From: a virus
DNA: 62,562 nucleotides
Reading direction: 5' to 3' (one strand)
UHGV virus genome: UHGV-0106067
In this document: one piece after another, positions 42,675 through 53,394 of the stretch
Layout of the letters: each line of letters starts with the position of its first letter
Numbering within the stretch: the first letter of the stretch is position 1
Program-made: the position numbers and the translations under genes
Notes under the pieces: model-generated
Database searches by the model: none
Seen by the model: the letters and a program-made list of their open reading frames with translations, nothing else
Told to the model about the DNA's origin: nothing

Positions 42675-43943
42675 TCAGCTTAACCTGCCTATGCGAACAG
42701 CCAGGCGTCCGTTCTGGTCATAAACTTCAATTTTATCATTGCGGATCACCAGCCCAACATTCTGATTAGAGTAACGAATTGTCAGTTGCCCCTGCGACGT
42801 AACACTAAAAAGGCCACCAATATTCAGGTTACCCTGAGAATCAACCTGAAAGTTCCCGTTCTGAATAACAGCACTACGGATAACAGGCGACGTGATACTT
42901 GCCCCGGCTTTTACTTCATCTGCCACAACCTTCCGCGACACCAGTGTTTCAATCACCGCGTCATAAATCATCGCTTTGGGAATAACAACTTTTCCACCTG
43001 ACACCGCAAAGGGATAGGCTGTGTTATCCGGGTTGTTCGGGTCAAAGACAAACAACTGCGATGCCGAAATTGCAACCTGGCTTACCGGCTTCCCTTCACC
43101 ATCTTTTCCTGCAACAATTCCGATCCCCGCAGTAATTCCCTCAACGCCGGTCTTTTTTGACCACATGGCCAGGAAAGCTTCACCGCCTTCTTTATCCACC
43201 TTAGTGATGCGCTCATTTACCTTATTAAGCTCTTCACTGGTTGACTTATTCATCCCCGTAACACGGGTATCAATACCACCGATAGTTTTCAGTGTTTCTT
43301 CCCTGAGATTACCCACAACTTCCGTCGTCTCGATTGCCGCGTCCTTTACTGCCTGCCCCTGAGCATTCTTTATTTCCTTACGCAGCTCTTCCACCACCGG
43401 TGACTTTGCAGCCTCCTCCTTGATCTGGTCAATAATGGCCTGAACGCTTATCTGGGTTTGTGCGGGAGTGCCTTTTACCGCGTTCCATGGCCCTTTCACT
43501 CCCGCTGCATTAACAAAGCGTATCCAGTAGAATCCCGACCAGCCCGGATCAACCGGATCACCGTAAACCTGCCCCGGCGTCGTGGCAACCAGCACCGCAT
43601 CCGAAAGGTCATCCTCCGTACCCCGCCAGATTTCAGTCAGTGAATGACCGCGATAATTCGGCATATCCCATTCAAGCAGTACCGAGCCAAATCCCCCTGT
43701 CGCCTTAAAATTCTGAGGTTTCGATGGGAAATCAACGACCATTACAGAGCTGTCCATCTCAATCCCCGGATTAAGGGCATATGCGGCACCACCTGAAGTC
43801 CGGCGACGGGCCAGCTTCAGACCGACCAGTTCTTCACGGGTTACAAAAGCATGACGACCATCGCCACGTTGTCCTGTCCCTATCTCCATATTTTCCACAA
43901 CCGCAGATAAATCCTTTCCTGCGCGCCACGGTTTTTTTGTCAT
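42675..43943 (-). CDS. Tail/host-specificity protein (FN3-like, lambda J C-terminal-like region)
   Basis: PQNFKATGGFGSVLLEWDMP...IWRGTEDDLSDAVLV...YWIRFVNAAGVKGPW resembles the FN3/J-type segment. Confidence 0.6.
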   Translation of the reverse strand: MTKKPWRAGKDLSAVVENMEIGTGQRGDGRHAFVTREELVGLKLARRRTSGGAAYALNPGIEMDSSVMVVDFPSKPQNFKATGGFGSVLLEWDMPNYRGHSLTEIWRGTEDDLSDAVLVATTPGQVYGDPVDPGWSGFYWIRFVNAAGVKGPWNAVKGTPAQTQISVQAIIDQIKEEAAKSPVVEELRKEIKNAQGQAVKDAAIETTEVVGNLREETLKTIGGIDTRVTGMNKSTSEELNKVNERITKVDKEGGEAFLAMWSKKTGVEGITAGIGIVAGKDGEGKPVSQVAISASQLFVFDPNNPDNTAYPFAVSGGKVVIPKAMIYDAVIETLVSRKVVADEVKAGASITSPVIRSAVIQNGNFQVDSQGNLNIGGLFSVTSQGQLTIRYSNQNVGLVIRNDKIEVYDQNGRLAVRIGRLS

Positions 43944-45565
43944 ACCGGCAGCTCCGACATCGATGTACTGAGTGTAATACGTTCAACCTGACCAAAACCG
44001 GAAACCAGTATCTGCCAGTTTTGCCCGGTTGCAGCAGGTAATCTCACAACGCTTCCCGAAAAGCTTCCAGGTGCAAGGTGAATCACCGGAACATCATCTG
44101 CCAGCACAGTAATTCCCACCCGCTCTGGCGTCGGAGACTTCACCCTGAGACAGGAGAAAGAGGTTCTTTCCGGAAGGGAAAATACCTTTGAATGCCATCT
44201 GATTGTCGACGGCAAACTCCCTCCGGCGATCGCAGACATGTTTTGTCCTGATACCACCCGCATAACATCGTTAACCAGGTCAACACATGCGCAGTCAAAA
44301 GGTGTACTGAGGTAGCGGATATCCATACCTGCCGGGTTGAAGACAAACACATCCTGCTTACCATCCGGTTTCGTGTAACAGGCAATGTATTCACCACGCC
44401 AGGGATAAGCCACAATGGAGGCCGGATTAAACTGACTCTGCCACTGTTCCGGCGAAATAATCTGCTCCGTCGCCAGAGCGGCATTACCGTTTGCATCAAC
44501 AGACACCAGGCCATTTGTTCCTGCATACAGCACAAAGCCCTCCATCGCGACCATACTCCGCCTGCTCAGACACGCCTGCATTGAAGGAATTCTGGAGCCA
44601 GAAATTGTGGAAGGCGATACACCACTGAACAGATAAGGCTCACCCTTTGTCGCCACCACCAGTGATGTTCCGAGCGGACAGATAGCCACAATATCTTCTG
44701 CCGTCGTGTGACGATTCACTTCCGACCATGCATACGGCAGATACGCTTCCGAAAACATCACTTCATTACCGGCAAATCCGGCGGCAATACCATTCGCCAT
44801 CAGGCAAAGGCCTGTCATATTCTCCGGCGGCGGCAGGTAATCCCATGTCGCCAGCGAAGGTCCAAGATTTTTCGCCGGTATTTTATCCGTGTAACTGAGC
44901 ACGGATGCATCCAGTTCAGCCACGAGTAAAAAATCCGCCTCCCCTCCACCTGATGCAGAACGATAAATACGACGACGTTTAATACTGGCATTCTGCAATG
45001 GCACCGGAGCCAGCGTCAGTTGTACCGCAGTTCCCGGAGTACGGAGTGTTACCTCCAGAGACGCCGGACCTGGCGGACCTTCTTCACCATAATCTGAGAC
45101 AAAGGTTTCCGTATAAAACCGGGTTTCATCATCATTCGGGTTATCGTCAGAAACATCACCGCCCTGCTGAACAGTACAGACAGGAGCTGTCGTCGGCGCG
45201 GGGATCCCCAGACGATACGATGATGTCGGGTGATTCCCGTCCCCTTTTGTGGCAATGGTCGCATCCGTCACTTTAGGAAAACGCCCGTCAGTGTAGTAAA
45301 TACGCCCGTGGGGGTCCTGAGCGATCGGACTGCGGATCACATCCACCACATCCGGCCATGCAAACCAGAAATCGTCACGGTAATGAAAAATTGTTTTTGG
45401 CTTAATTGTGAATGTTTTCTCAACCCCGGATATCTGACGTTCTGGTGTAATAACACCAAACCGGAAATGGCAGTCCTCCGCCAGTACAGCGGAATGCTCG
45501 GGCAGCATGGATGTCACAACGCGCGGCATCATCCCACGCATCGTGGTGATATCGATATAGGGCAT
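43940..45565 (-). CDS. Tail structural protein
   Basis: SD AAGGAA before ATG 45565. 541 aa. Confidence 0.5.
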   Translation of the reverse strand: MPYIDITTMRGMMPRVVTSMLPEHSAVLAEDCHFRFGVITPERQISGVEKTFTIKPKTIFHYRDDFWFAWPDVVDVIRSPIAQDPHGRIYYTDGRFPKVTDATIATKGDGNHPTSSYRLGIPAPTTAPVCTVQQGGDVSDDNPNDDETRFYTETFVSDYGEEGPPGPASLEVTLRTPGTAVQLTLAPVPLQNASIKRRRIYRSASGGGEADFLLVAELDASVLSYTDKIPAKNLGPSLATWDYLPPPENMTGLCLMANGIAAGFAGNEVMFSEAYLPYAWSEVNRHTTAEDIVAICPLGTSLVVATKGEPYLFSGVSPSTISGSRIPSMQACLSRRSMVAMEGFVLYAGTNGLVSVDANGNAALATEQIISPEQWQSQFNPASIVAYPWRGEYIACYTKPDGKQDVFVFNPAGMDIRYLSTPFDCACVDLVNDVMRVVSGQNMSAIAGGSLPSTIRWHSKVFSLPERTSFSCLRVKSPTPERVGITVLADDVPVIHLAPGSFSGSVVRLPAATGQNWQILVSGFGQVERITLSTSMSELPV

Positions 45566-45746
45566 AGAAATTCCTTTGACTGCTTCAGGCTTAAAAATCA
45601 GGGGATTTATGATGGAATTCGCTAAAATCGCGATCGGTATCACTGCAACAGAGTGTTGCTATGATATTCTGGACAAGACGCAACAACTCACTAATTGTTA
45701 TCAAACGTCTTTCTTCTGGTCGGGGAGCATGTTGCTCCCCCTTTTT

Positions 45747-45878
45747 TTACTGCATTACCACCGCAGCTGTAGCAACAAGAGCCAGCACACCACCAAGCCA
45801 CACAAACAGCATGAAGCACATTGCGCCTGTGGTGTAACGTTTTCTTCCGATTGTCCGGCATCTCTCTTTATTCATCAT
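45747..45878 (-). CDS. Possible small membrane protein
   Basis: MMNKERCRTIGRKRYTTGAMCFMLFVWLGGVLALVATAAVVMQ: basic N-terminus plus one TM helix. Confidence 0.3.
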   Translation of the reverse strand: MMNKERCRTIGRKRYTTGAMCFMLFVWLGGVLALVATAAVVMQ

Positions 45879-45928
45879 CTGCACCTTCTGAACTATCAGA
45901 AGATTCTGCGCATCCGGCAGGACCACCA

Positions 45929-46399
45929 TCAGGCACCAACAAGCCGTCTGACGCTCACACCATACAGCCCGTTTTTCGCCATTCCCGTATACAGAAAGGT
46001 ATTCACCGTCTTCGTGTGGATACCCATTTCACTGGCAAGGCGACAGGGTCTCGACTGGCGGTAGACATAACCGAACATCACCACCATCTCTGACATCGTC
46101 AGCGGGCGGGCAGCACTGTTATACGTCCAGACGCCGTTGTGTATGGCATCACTTATCTGCTCACCATCACGGAGCAACTCCGCATCCAGTTGCAGAAAAT
46201 GACGCCCCTGGAACATACAGCGCATCAGCCTGCCCAGCAGGCCATCACTAATTATCAGCCAGGATTCGTCAAAGTCCGGGATATAACGGCGGTTCTCCGG
46301 CAGGAAAAACTCCCTCGCCAGTATCACACTGTGTTCCTTCAGTAACGCCTGCAGACCATACTCCAGATAGCGATTCCTGGTAGCCAGAATCACCTTCAT
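45929..46399 (-). CDS. LuxR/FixJ-type HTH regulator-like protein
   Basis: C-terminus LTMSEMVVMFGYV...LASEMGIHTKTVNTFLYTGMAKNGL. SD GGAAGGTG. Confidence 0.5.
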   Translation of the reverse strand: MKVILATRNRYLEYGLQALLKEHSVILAREFFLPENRRYIPDFDESWLIISDGLLGRLMRCMFQGRHFLQLDAELLRDGEQISDAIHNGVWTYNSAARPLTMSEMVVMFGYVYRQSRPCRLASEMGIHTKTVNTFLYTGMAKNGLYGVSVRRLVGA

Positions 46400-46487
46400 C
46401 GCAGCACCTTCCTGTTTTTTATGCCCCATGAAAAACGGCAGACCAGAGTCCTGCGCCTGCCGTCATACTTCATGTCACCTTCAGCAA

Positions 46488-47762
46488 TTAAAACTCGAAG
46501 TTCACACCAACATTCCAGGAGGCATCGCCATCACTGAATGCCACGCCTGCTTTCGCTGCGGTCTGCTCGTTGAAGCGGTAACCCACACCCACCGCCAGTG
46601 CCTGCTGGTCGCTGTAACCACCAACCGCTGCCGTGGCGTTGAATTTACCCACACTGTACGGCTGGAACAGACCTGTCAGGGCCGCAGACTGTGCTGCTGC
46701 TCGTTTCATTTCCTTATGGTTTTCATTAATCTGGCGCTGCTGGCTGTCCAGACGTGCTGAATGTTGCTGCAGCGTACGGGTATTGGCTGCAATCGCCTTG
46801 CTGTTTTTCTCAATGGATTGCGTGTTACGGGTGACACGGCCATCAATGGCACCAACTGCTGCATCAATACGGTCAGTACGACCAGACAGGGCTACCAGAC
46901 CATCGTTAACAGAAATGGTGTTCTTTGCACCTTCTGCACGGGTCAGGGTGCCGTCAGAACTCACACCAACAGTGGTGCGATCTTTGATGGATTTATCCAG
47001 ATCAACAATAGCATCGCTTACACGCACATTTTTTGGAGCTGTAACATCATGTGTATAGCTGCCATCCTCTTCCTGATAAATGGTTGTATCTGCCTGAATG
47101 GCTGCAACTACATTTTTTACAGACTCTCGCTCCACTGAGCCTGTTTCATCAAGGGTAATGTTACCGTTAGCATCGATAGCAAAAGTTGTGTCTTTATTCA
47201 ACCTATCTATATTGGTAACGATGCGGTTGTATTCCTGCAGAACACCTGGGCCTTGTTTAACAGCAGCAAGCGCGGCATCAGAGTTTCCCCCTGAACGAAC
47301 CGCAGACACATACGCTGGCGCTGTTTCAGATGTAATCTTAGAAGATATATCATCTTTCAAAGCTAATACTTTATCTAAATCATTTTTATTTATTTTTTTC
47401 AAAGACTCTAATTTTAAACTCTCTGAGTAAACAGGAAATGATATTTTATTAGCTATATCCTGTAACTCTTTTTTAAAATCAGGACTATCGACATTATATT
47501 TAAATTTTTTTATCAACGCAGTATACGCATTTTCCATCTCCTTTTTATTATATGACATGACGCTTCCTGTTGCTGTATTAATAGCACCTAAAACCTCTTT
47601 TCCTTGTGCGTCTACTATCTTGGCACCTTCCCCATCCTTGTAAAATTTTACGATGTAATCGCTGCCTTTAACTGGGATATCTAAAGCCATGGCCCCAGAA
47701 CTCACCAGCATCAGTCCGGCAACAGCAGATGAAAGAATAGTCTTTGTAAATTTCTTGCTCAT
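46488..47762 (-). CDS. eib: Trimeric autotransporter adhesin, Eib (immunoglobulin-binding)-like
   Basis: Signal peptide, coiled-coil stalk, YadA-type anchor ...[28 protein letters not shown]...WNVGVNFEF. Confidence 0.7.
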   Translation of the reverse strand: MSKKFTKTILSSAVAGLMLVSSGAMALDIPVKGSDYIVKFYKDGEGAKIVDAQGKEVLGAINTATGSVMSYNKKEMENAYTALIKKFKYNVDSPDFKKELQDIANKISFPVYSESLKLESLKKINKNDLDKVLALKDDISSKITSETAPAYVSAVRSGGNSDAALAAVKQGPGVLQEYNRIVTNIDRLNKDTTFAIDANGNITLDETGSVERESVKNVVAAIQADTTIYQEEDGSYTHDVTAPKNVRVSDAIVDLDKSIKDRTTVGVSSDGTLTRAEGAKNTISVNDGLVALSGRTDRIDAAVGAIDGRVTRNTQSIEKNSKAIAANTRTLQQHSARLDSQQRQINENHKEMKRAAAQSAALTGLFQPYSVGKFNATAAVGGYSDQQALAVGVGYRFNEQTAAKAGVAFSDGDASWNVGVNFEF

Positions 47763-48091
47763 GTGGTATACCCTATAAAATTATCTGTATACAAATAAAA
47801 CAGTTCAACATCGGATATATAAAGAAAATCTGATGTCTCGCCGCTCTCATGAGCTTACTCCTGAAGAAATTCCGAATTTTAATATGAAGTTTTTCGGAAT
47901 TTCCTTACTATAACGTCGGTGATATCACGTCCGCGAAGGGATATCCGCATTACGACTGGCCTGCCACTTATTCTGTCTCTTTATTCATCAACAATTTGTA
48001 TACGGTTACATCTTTAATTGTGAAGTTAGTCACAAAAAGAAGAAAGTCCAATAATCAAATTGTGCTTAACTGTTTACATCAGCACAATCTG

Positions 48092-48124
48092 ATGACCATT
48101 GAATGACCATTGAATGACCATTGA
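48092..48124. repeat. 11-bp tandem repeat (ATGACCATTGA)x3 upstream of the eib-like gene
   Basis: Three perfect copies read directly. Confidence 0.95.
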
Positions 48125-48256
48125 AGGACGCACTAAATTATTTTCAGCAATCCCTCAGCCTACGAAAATTCTGTATCCCCTGAATGTTTAATTTACACTC
48201 TTTTTATGCAATTATTCTTTCGACTATAAAAACACCACTATCTCATGTATGACCTT

Positions 48257-48283
48257 GGGGAGCGTGCCGTCTCCCCGTTTTTT
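48257..48283 (+). terminator. Plus-strand intrinsic terminator (module 1)
   Basis: GGGGAG-cgtgccgt-CTCCCC-G-TTTTTT. Confidence 0.7.
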
Positions 48284-48426
48284 CGCTTACAGTTTCATGA
48301 CGACTTTCAGTTTCAGGAATCAGCAGTTACCATGCAATACGAAAATTCTGTATTGCATCCGCGCCCTCATCTCAATATCTTTGTCGCCGGATAAAAATAA
48401 CTATCAACCACAAGTATCATGCTCTC

Positions 48427-48452
48427 GGGGAGCACGCACTCCCCAGTTTTTT
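48427..48452 (+). terminator. Plus-strand intrinsic terminator (module 2)
   Basis: GGGGAG-cacgca-CTCCCC-AG-TTTTTT. Confidence 0.7.
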
Positions 48453-48555
48453 ATCTTTGACAGGGGTGAAGGAGGCCGTTGCATCTCCTTTAATTATCAT
48501 TGCCAGATTATTTCCTCGACCTGAGTATTCTTTATTTAGCCATAGCTTTGTAGCA

Positions 48556-48581
48556 AGGGGCTGGAGCGCCCCTCTTTTTTT
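48556..48581 (+). terminator. Plus-strand intrinsic terminator abutting the 3' end of the minus-strand fibre-assembly gene
   Basis: AGGGGC-tggagc-GCCCCT-C-TTTTTTT. Confidence 0.6.
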
Positions 48582-49159
48582 CACCTGTCAGCCATGCCGA
48601 CCTTATACGCCAGTATAGCTTCCGCATCACCCAGCGCTTCAATCTCTTTTTTCATCGTGCGCTGTCTGACATGAATTTCCAGACCTTTGGTAAACATCGC
48701 CTGCTCTGCAGCAGCACTCAGAGCAATCAGTGTTTCAGCGTCCATCGGTACGTCATTATTGTCCGCATCCGTCCAGAAAAACTGCTCCGGCAGTTTCCCC
48801 GCTTTCGCTGCCGCCACCGACGGCTCAAGACGCATCTGCGTTGACTTCCCGTAGTCCCATTTACGCCCATTGTGCTCAAACGTGTAGTTCGCCGCTTCCA
48901 TCGCATTACGCCAGGCGTTGATCCCGGCGGTTTTGAGTTCTCTGGCTTTTTCCGGGCTGATGGATGGCTGTACATATTCTGCAATTTCACCGGCCTCTCC
49001 TCTCAGACAAGCGGCATAAATATCCCGCCCGTATGCTTCGGTATCGCTGGCTGTTGCAGTGAAAGGAACCGCCTGCTCAATGTGCTCAAACTTCACCATG
49101 CAATTCACAGCAGTGTGATCTTTATCTGCCCATTGCGGATTGCTTATTTTTTTCCACAT
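48581..49159 (-). CDS. Tail-fibre assembly/chaperone-like protein
   Basis: 192 aa directly downstream of the fibre gene. Function is inferred from position and size. Confidence 0.5.
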   Translation of the reverse strand: MWKKISNPQWADKDHTAVNCMVKFEHIEQAVPFTATASDTEAYGRDIYAACLRGEAGEIAEYVQPSISPEKARELKTAGINAWRNAMEAANYTFEHNGRKWDYGKSTQMRLEPSVAAAKAGKLPEQFFWTDADNNDVPMDAETLIALSAAAEQAMFTKGLEIHVRQRTMKKEIEALGDAEAILAYKVGMADR

Positions 49160-49178
49160 TCATGTCATCTCCTGTCTG

Positions 49179-51242
49179 TCAGTATGCGCGCTGGAACAGC
49201 CCGATGCCTTCATTGTCATTTGTCGACGTAATTTCATTACACACCATCCATGAGCCCGGAACTGAGGATAGGTTGCCGTCAATGCCATCGGTGTTAGCTT
49301 TCATATAGTTCCCGCTTGCATCTTTGATTATGGCGCATCGCTTAAGGCGTGAACCCTGTACAGTTTCTCCTGGCTGATAGGTTCTGCCGATGTCGGTTGT
49401 ATACGGGGCTAGTGCGGCAATAATGTATGTTCCGATGCTGTAAATTTCCCCGGGTACCAGCCTTCCGGTTGGCCCTTGTGGTCCCTGTGGTCCGGTTTTA
49501 CCATCCAACCCGGGCAGTCCCATCGGCCCTCGCCCTCCGGCAGGGCCCTGTGGCCCCGTTTTACCCGCAGGACCTGCCGGACCAACCGGCCCCGGAACAC
49601 CCTGTGCCCCCGCTGGTCCCCTTTCACCTCGTGGCCCTGCCGGGCCTGCATCACCTTTGGGACCAGCTGCACCAGCCGGTCCCTGTGGGCCTGCGGGCCC
49701 CACTGCTCCCGCAGGTCCTGTCGCCCCCTGCAGCCCACGGAGGCCCTGCTCACCTTTCTGTCCTGCAGGCCCCTGAGGTCCGGGTTCACCGCGCTCACCT
49801 TTCGGACCTGTGGGACCTGCCGGTCCTTGCTCGCCCCTGTCACCTTTCGGTCCAGGTATGCTTTCTCCCGACGGGCGGGTTGTCGCAACCTCTTCTGCCT
49901 TCTGTTTCGCTGCCCTGGCCTCATCCATTGCCGCCTTCACAGCTTTCGGTGTGGCTGCCTTCGTTTCATCATCACTGTCCGTTGCGCTGCTTAACTGCAC
50001 AATTCCCTTCTGTGCCGTCGTCGCATCTGCCACATTTGCTGCGCTGCCCGCCGGGCCTGGCTCCCCACGAGGTCCCTGAGGTCCAGCTTCGCCTCGTTCA
50101 CCTTTCGGACCTGCCGGACCCGGTTCACCTCTCTCTCCGGCGGGGCCCTGTAATCCTTGCGGACCACGTTCCCCGGGTTCCCCTTTCGGCCCCGCAGGTC
50201 CGGTCTCACCGCGCTCTCCCTTTGCTCCTGCCGGCCCCGGCTCACCTCTCGGACCAGTATCCCCCTTTGGTCCCTGAGGCCCCCCCGGGTCTCCTTTTTC
50301 GCCTCTGGCCCCGGTTTCACCACGCGGCCCCATTGCTCCCTGTGGCCCGGTCGCACCACGTGGGCCAGATGGCCCTGTTGCGCCAGCTGGCCCCTGCACT
50401 CCCTGAGGTCCCCGTTCTCCTGTATCACCTTTCTGGCCCGGTATGCCCTGAGGTCCGCGCTCTCCCTGCTCACCTTTCTCCCCACGCGGACCCGCCGGAC
50501 CTGTTTCACCACGAGGACCAGCATCACCTTTCGGCCCTGTATCGCCTTTAGGTCCTCGTGCATTCTCAGCCATACGTCTGGCTTCTTCAGCACTAACCGT
50601 AGCAGCCTCAGCACGTTTAAGAACGTCTCCGGCGGCTTCCTGAGCCACTCTGGCGGTTTCAGCATGTTGTCTGGCCTCTTTAGCGTCAGCTGCCGCTGCC
50701 TTTTCAGACTCACCTGCCCGGGTCGCCGCCTCTGCAGCCTCACTGGCTTTTTGTGCAGACTCCGTCGCTTTGCTGGTCGCAGCCTTCGCGCTTTCTGATG
50801 CAGTCTTCGCACTGGCAGCAGCGCTTTCCTTCGACTGTGAAGCCTGATTATTTTTCACCGCCGTGTCTTCGTTCAGACGACGAATCGTGGCAAGGTCATC
50901 CGCCACATTGTTCTGTATCTGCCGGAAATCTGTCAGCAGTTCTCCGGGTATGCTCACCTCAACAAGACTGCGGCGTAACAGCATATTGAGCGTCACCGTA
51001 CTTTCAGTCCCCTCAATACGCACACGTCCGTAGACAGCAGTCTTCCCTTTCACCGTCACAGAAACCGCATACTCCCCCGGCTCCAGCGTCATTCCGTAAT
51101 ACCCGCCGTCACGAGTCACTGCTGACGCACTGGTGCCGCTGAGCGCATCCGGTGAAACTGTCAGCGCCGTCAGGGTAATATTTGCGCCTGATATCGCCTC
51201 ACCATCAGGAGATTTCAGCGTCCCCGAAACAACAACACTCAC
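49179..51242 (-). CDS. Tail fibre with N-terminal fibre domain and long collagen-like Gly-X-Y repeats
   Basis: [27 protein letters not shown]... then two Gly-X-Y blocks ([22 protein letters not shown]...). Confidence 0.85.
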   Translation of the reverse strand: MSVVVSGTLKSPDGEAISGANITLTALTVSPDALSGTSASAVTRDGGYYGMTLEPGEYAVSVTVKGKTAVYGRVRIEGTESTVTLNMLLRRSLVEVSIPGELLTDFRQIQNNVADDLATIRRLNEDTAVKNNQASQSKESAAASAKTASESAKAATSKATESAQKASEAAEAATRAGESEKAAAADAKEARQHAETARVAQEAAGDVLKRAEAATVSAEEARRMAENARGPKGDTGPKGDAGPRGETGPAGPRGEKGEQGERGPQGIPGQKGDTGERGPQGVQGPAGATGPSGPRGATGPQGAMGPRGETGARGEKGDPGGPQGPKGDTGPRGEPGPAGAKGERGETGPAGPKGEPGERGPQGLQGPAGERGEPGPAGPKGERGEAGPQGPRGEPGPAGSAANVADATTAQKGIVQLSSATDSDDETKAATPKAVKAAMDEARAAKQKAEEVATTRPSGESIPGPKGDRGEQGPAGPTGPKGERGEPGPQGPAGQKGEQGLRGLQGATGPAGAVGPAGPQGPAGAAGPKGDAGPAGPRGERGPAGAQGVPGPVGPAGPAGKTGPQGPAGGRGPMGLPGLDGKTGPQGPQGPTGRLVPGEIYSIGTYIIAALAPYTTDIGRTYQPGETVQGSRLKRCAIIKDASGNYMKANTDGIDGNLSSVPGSWMVCNEITSTNDNEGIGLFQRAY

Positions 51243-51889
51243 ATTTCACCTCCGTTAAACACCTTCTTGCGGGCCGACAATGTACTGTCAGCCCCCTGTT
51301 TAATCCCGAGCTGCTCAACAAAACTCTGATAATGTTGTGCTGCCAGTCCTGACTCTGCACCACCGGCAGCATCCTTACTGAATGCGCGGAACAACATCCA
51401 GTCAACCAGCGGGTTAACATAAGCCTCTTCCAGCGGTACAGGCGTGTCATCATCCTGCGTCAGAACATACACCGCCTCCGGAATGCGGCTGACCACAGCA
51501 TCAACACTCACAGCCTCCTCCGGTGCCGGAAACAGCCAGAACACGCGCGGGGCAAGGTCACTGCTGATAAAGCATTCCGGTTTCCCCCTCAGCATGTGCC
51601 AGTCGGGATACTGTGCATCAAGCACCTTACGGGATTGCGGTTTTATAGCACTGCCATCGCTGAGGCATATCACGTCAAGAAGCTGTATTGCGCCATCAGG
51701 CAAAGTCTGACGTGCACCAGGAACACAATTCAGCGTCTCCAGACTTGCGCCTGCATCCGGCCTTGCCAGAATCACCGCCCGCACAGCATCATTGTAATAA
51801 TCACACAGCTCAGCCAGAGGCCAGCGCACCATCATCGGGTCAACCAGTTGCGTGTTCACTCGTCCGATGATTTCAGTAATCGTCGTCAT
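51239..51889 (-). CDS. Head-tail connector/adaptor-like structural protein
   Basis: 216 aa in the structural operon. No motif. Confidence 0.45.
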   Translation of the reverse strand: MTTITEIIGRVNTQLVDPMMVRWPLAELCDYYNDAVRAVILARPDAGASLETLNCVPGARQTLPDGAIQLLDVICLSDGSAIKPQSRKVLDAQYPDWHMLRGKPECFISSDLAPRVFWLFPAPEEAVSVDAVVSRIPEAVYVLTQDDDTPVPLEEAYVNPLVDWMLFRAFSKDAAGGAESGLAAQHYQSFVEQLGIKQGADSTLSARKKVFNGGEM

Positions 51890-52452
51890 CAGTAAAACCT
51901 TTGTCTGCGGACAGGATTGCGGTATGAGGAGTACGGACTTGTCGCCAGTGTGTCGCGATATGCCCGACGGATACCCTCAGAAAACAGCACAGAGAAATAC
52001 TGTGCGCGCGACGGGTCTGACCATGAAACCCCGGTCTGCATGAACAACCGTTCAAGCGCCCCTGCAGCCACTTCTTCAGACCATGCCCGCAGTTCATCCT
52101 GCACCTGACGGCTCCCTGCTTTCGGAGCAACGGCATAAAGCACACTCACCTCTCCGGGCGAACAGGCAAAATGCATTACCCGCCCCGGGCGGATTTCCAC
52201 ATCATGACCGGCAAAAAGCTCACGCCCGTCAGCGAGGATACGAATAATATGTACGCACTCTTCATTCTCCGCGTCATATGGCAGCACACAGTCCTCTCCG
52301 GCTGACGGTGACAGCGTGGCTTCACGGCGGCACAACAGGGACTGACGGCAGAATGCCACTGCCGACATGGATAACGCATCCGTCATCATAATGTTCAGCG
52401 GACCACTGATATGGCGACGGACATACGGTAAAAAATCAGTCAGTTCCGCCAT
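51889..52452 (-). CDS. Hypothetical structural protein
   Basis: Start moved to ATG 52452. Confidence 0.45.
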   Translation of the reverse strand: MAELTDFLPYVRRHISGPLNIMMTDALSMSAVAFCRQSLLCRREATLSPSAGEDCVLPYDAENEECVHIIRILADGRELFAGHDVEIRPGRVMHFACSPGEVSVLYAVAPKAGSRQVQDELRAWSEEVAAGALERLFMQTGVSWSDPSRAQYFSVLFSEGIRRAYRDTLATSPYSSYRNPVRRQRFY

Positions 52453-52897
52453 GCTGTTCAGTCTCCGCAACACGACGGCGAAATGCCTCACGCACACGGA
52501 CACGAAATGCATCAGCCGTTTCTTTCGGGTCTTTGTGAATATTCAGCTCTTCTGCCTCACACAACGTTGCCAGCCGTGCGGACGTGAGTTTGCTCAAATC
52601 CACATCCTGACCACCAACGCTAACCACAAAACTGTTCTCCGCTTCTGCAAGAGCAACCTGTTCTCTTTCCTGCGCCTGCTGTGCCTGCCGCAACTGCTCA
52701 TCCTGTTGTTGCTTTTTGAGCACACCATCAAGCTCTTCATGACGAACCCAGACATCCGGAAAGGCCAGCAACTGCCAGGCAAGCGCGCTGTCAACATGCA
52801 CCGGCTCAAGACGCGGGAACAGTGTACGACTCCCGGTAAGGGTATCCTTTTTCACGGGTTTGGGGCCGATATAGACAACGGCAATTTTCTCGCTCAT
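52436..52897 (-). CDS. Hypothetical structural protein
   Basis: 153-aa ORF. Confidence 0.5.
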   Translation of the reverse strand: MSEKIAVVYIGPKPVKKDTLTGSRTLFPRLEPVHVDSALAWQLLAFPDVWVRHEELDGVLKKQQQDEQLRQAQQAQEREQVALAEAENSFVVSVGGQDVDLSKLTSARLATLCEAEELNIHKDPKETADAFRVRVREAFRRRVAETEQHGGTD

Positions 52898-52910
52898 ATA
52901 ATTCCCCGGA

Positions 52911-52936
52911 TAAAAAAGCCCGCATGACGCGGGCCG
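52911..52936 (-). terminator. Intrinsic terminator
   Basis: GCCCGC-gtcat-GCGGGC followed by TTTTTT. Confidence 0.7.
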
Positions 52937-52947
52937 GAAGGTTTATA

Positions 52948-53340
52948 TCAGTATCCCACCACGGTATAACGCAGCAGAACATTCAGGGTACCGGTCGCAG
53001 CAGCTGTCTTAATGGTGACCGTAACCAGCTCTCCATCACTCTGTGTGGTGTACGGCTCCACTGGCACATATTTAGCAAAGCTGGCAGTTACTGCACCACT
53101 GTCACCAATGAGCTCATGCTTGCCAGATTTAACGCTGACGGTCGCCGTACCACCAAGACCACCTTTTGAAATCAGTTGGATCCCATTAATGCGAACGCCA
53201 GTCGGCAGTGAGAGAAGATTAATAACGGTTTCCTGTTCGGCAGCATTCACTGTAAACACACCTTCTGCCACCGACTCATTACCATGCGTACCTGAATAAA
53301 CCCGCTCACTCAGTGACGGAGCAAGGATAGTCTTTGCCAT
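52948..53340 (-). CDS. Possible head decoration/accessory protein
   Basis: 130 aa immediately after the capsid gene. Confidence 0.4.
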   Translation of the reverse strand: MAKTILAPSLSERVYSGTHGNESVAEGVFTVNAAEQETVINLLSLPTGVRINGIQLISKGGLGGTATVSVKSGKHELIGDSGAVTASFAKYVPVEPYTTQSDGELVTVTIKTAAATGTLNVLLRYTVVGY

Positions 53341-53353
53341 AATTAATGACTCC

Positions 53354-53379
53354 TGAAAAAGCCGGGCGATAACCCGGCA
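53354..53379 (-). terminator. Intrinsic terminator after the major capsid gene
   Basis: GCCGGG-ttatcg-CCCGGC followed by TTTTTC. Confidence 0.75.
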
Positions 53380-53394
53380 TGGGGAAAGGAAAAA

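Noticed and set aside
48249-48524. Plus-strand 91-aa ORF upstream of the eib-like gene
   Set aside because: It reads straight through two intrinsic terminators and has no SD. The region is better explained as noncoding repeat modules.
49409-50812. Five long alternative-frame and antisense ORFs (49409..49924, 49427..50551, 49476..49994, 49991..50812, 50157..50798)
   Set aside because: All lie within the Gly-X-Y collagen-repeat part of the tail-fibre gene. The triplet periodicity of GGN-CCN repeats keeps every frame open, and their products are low-complexity P/R/L strings.
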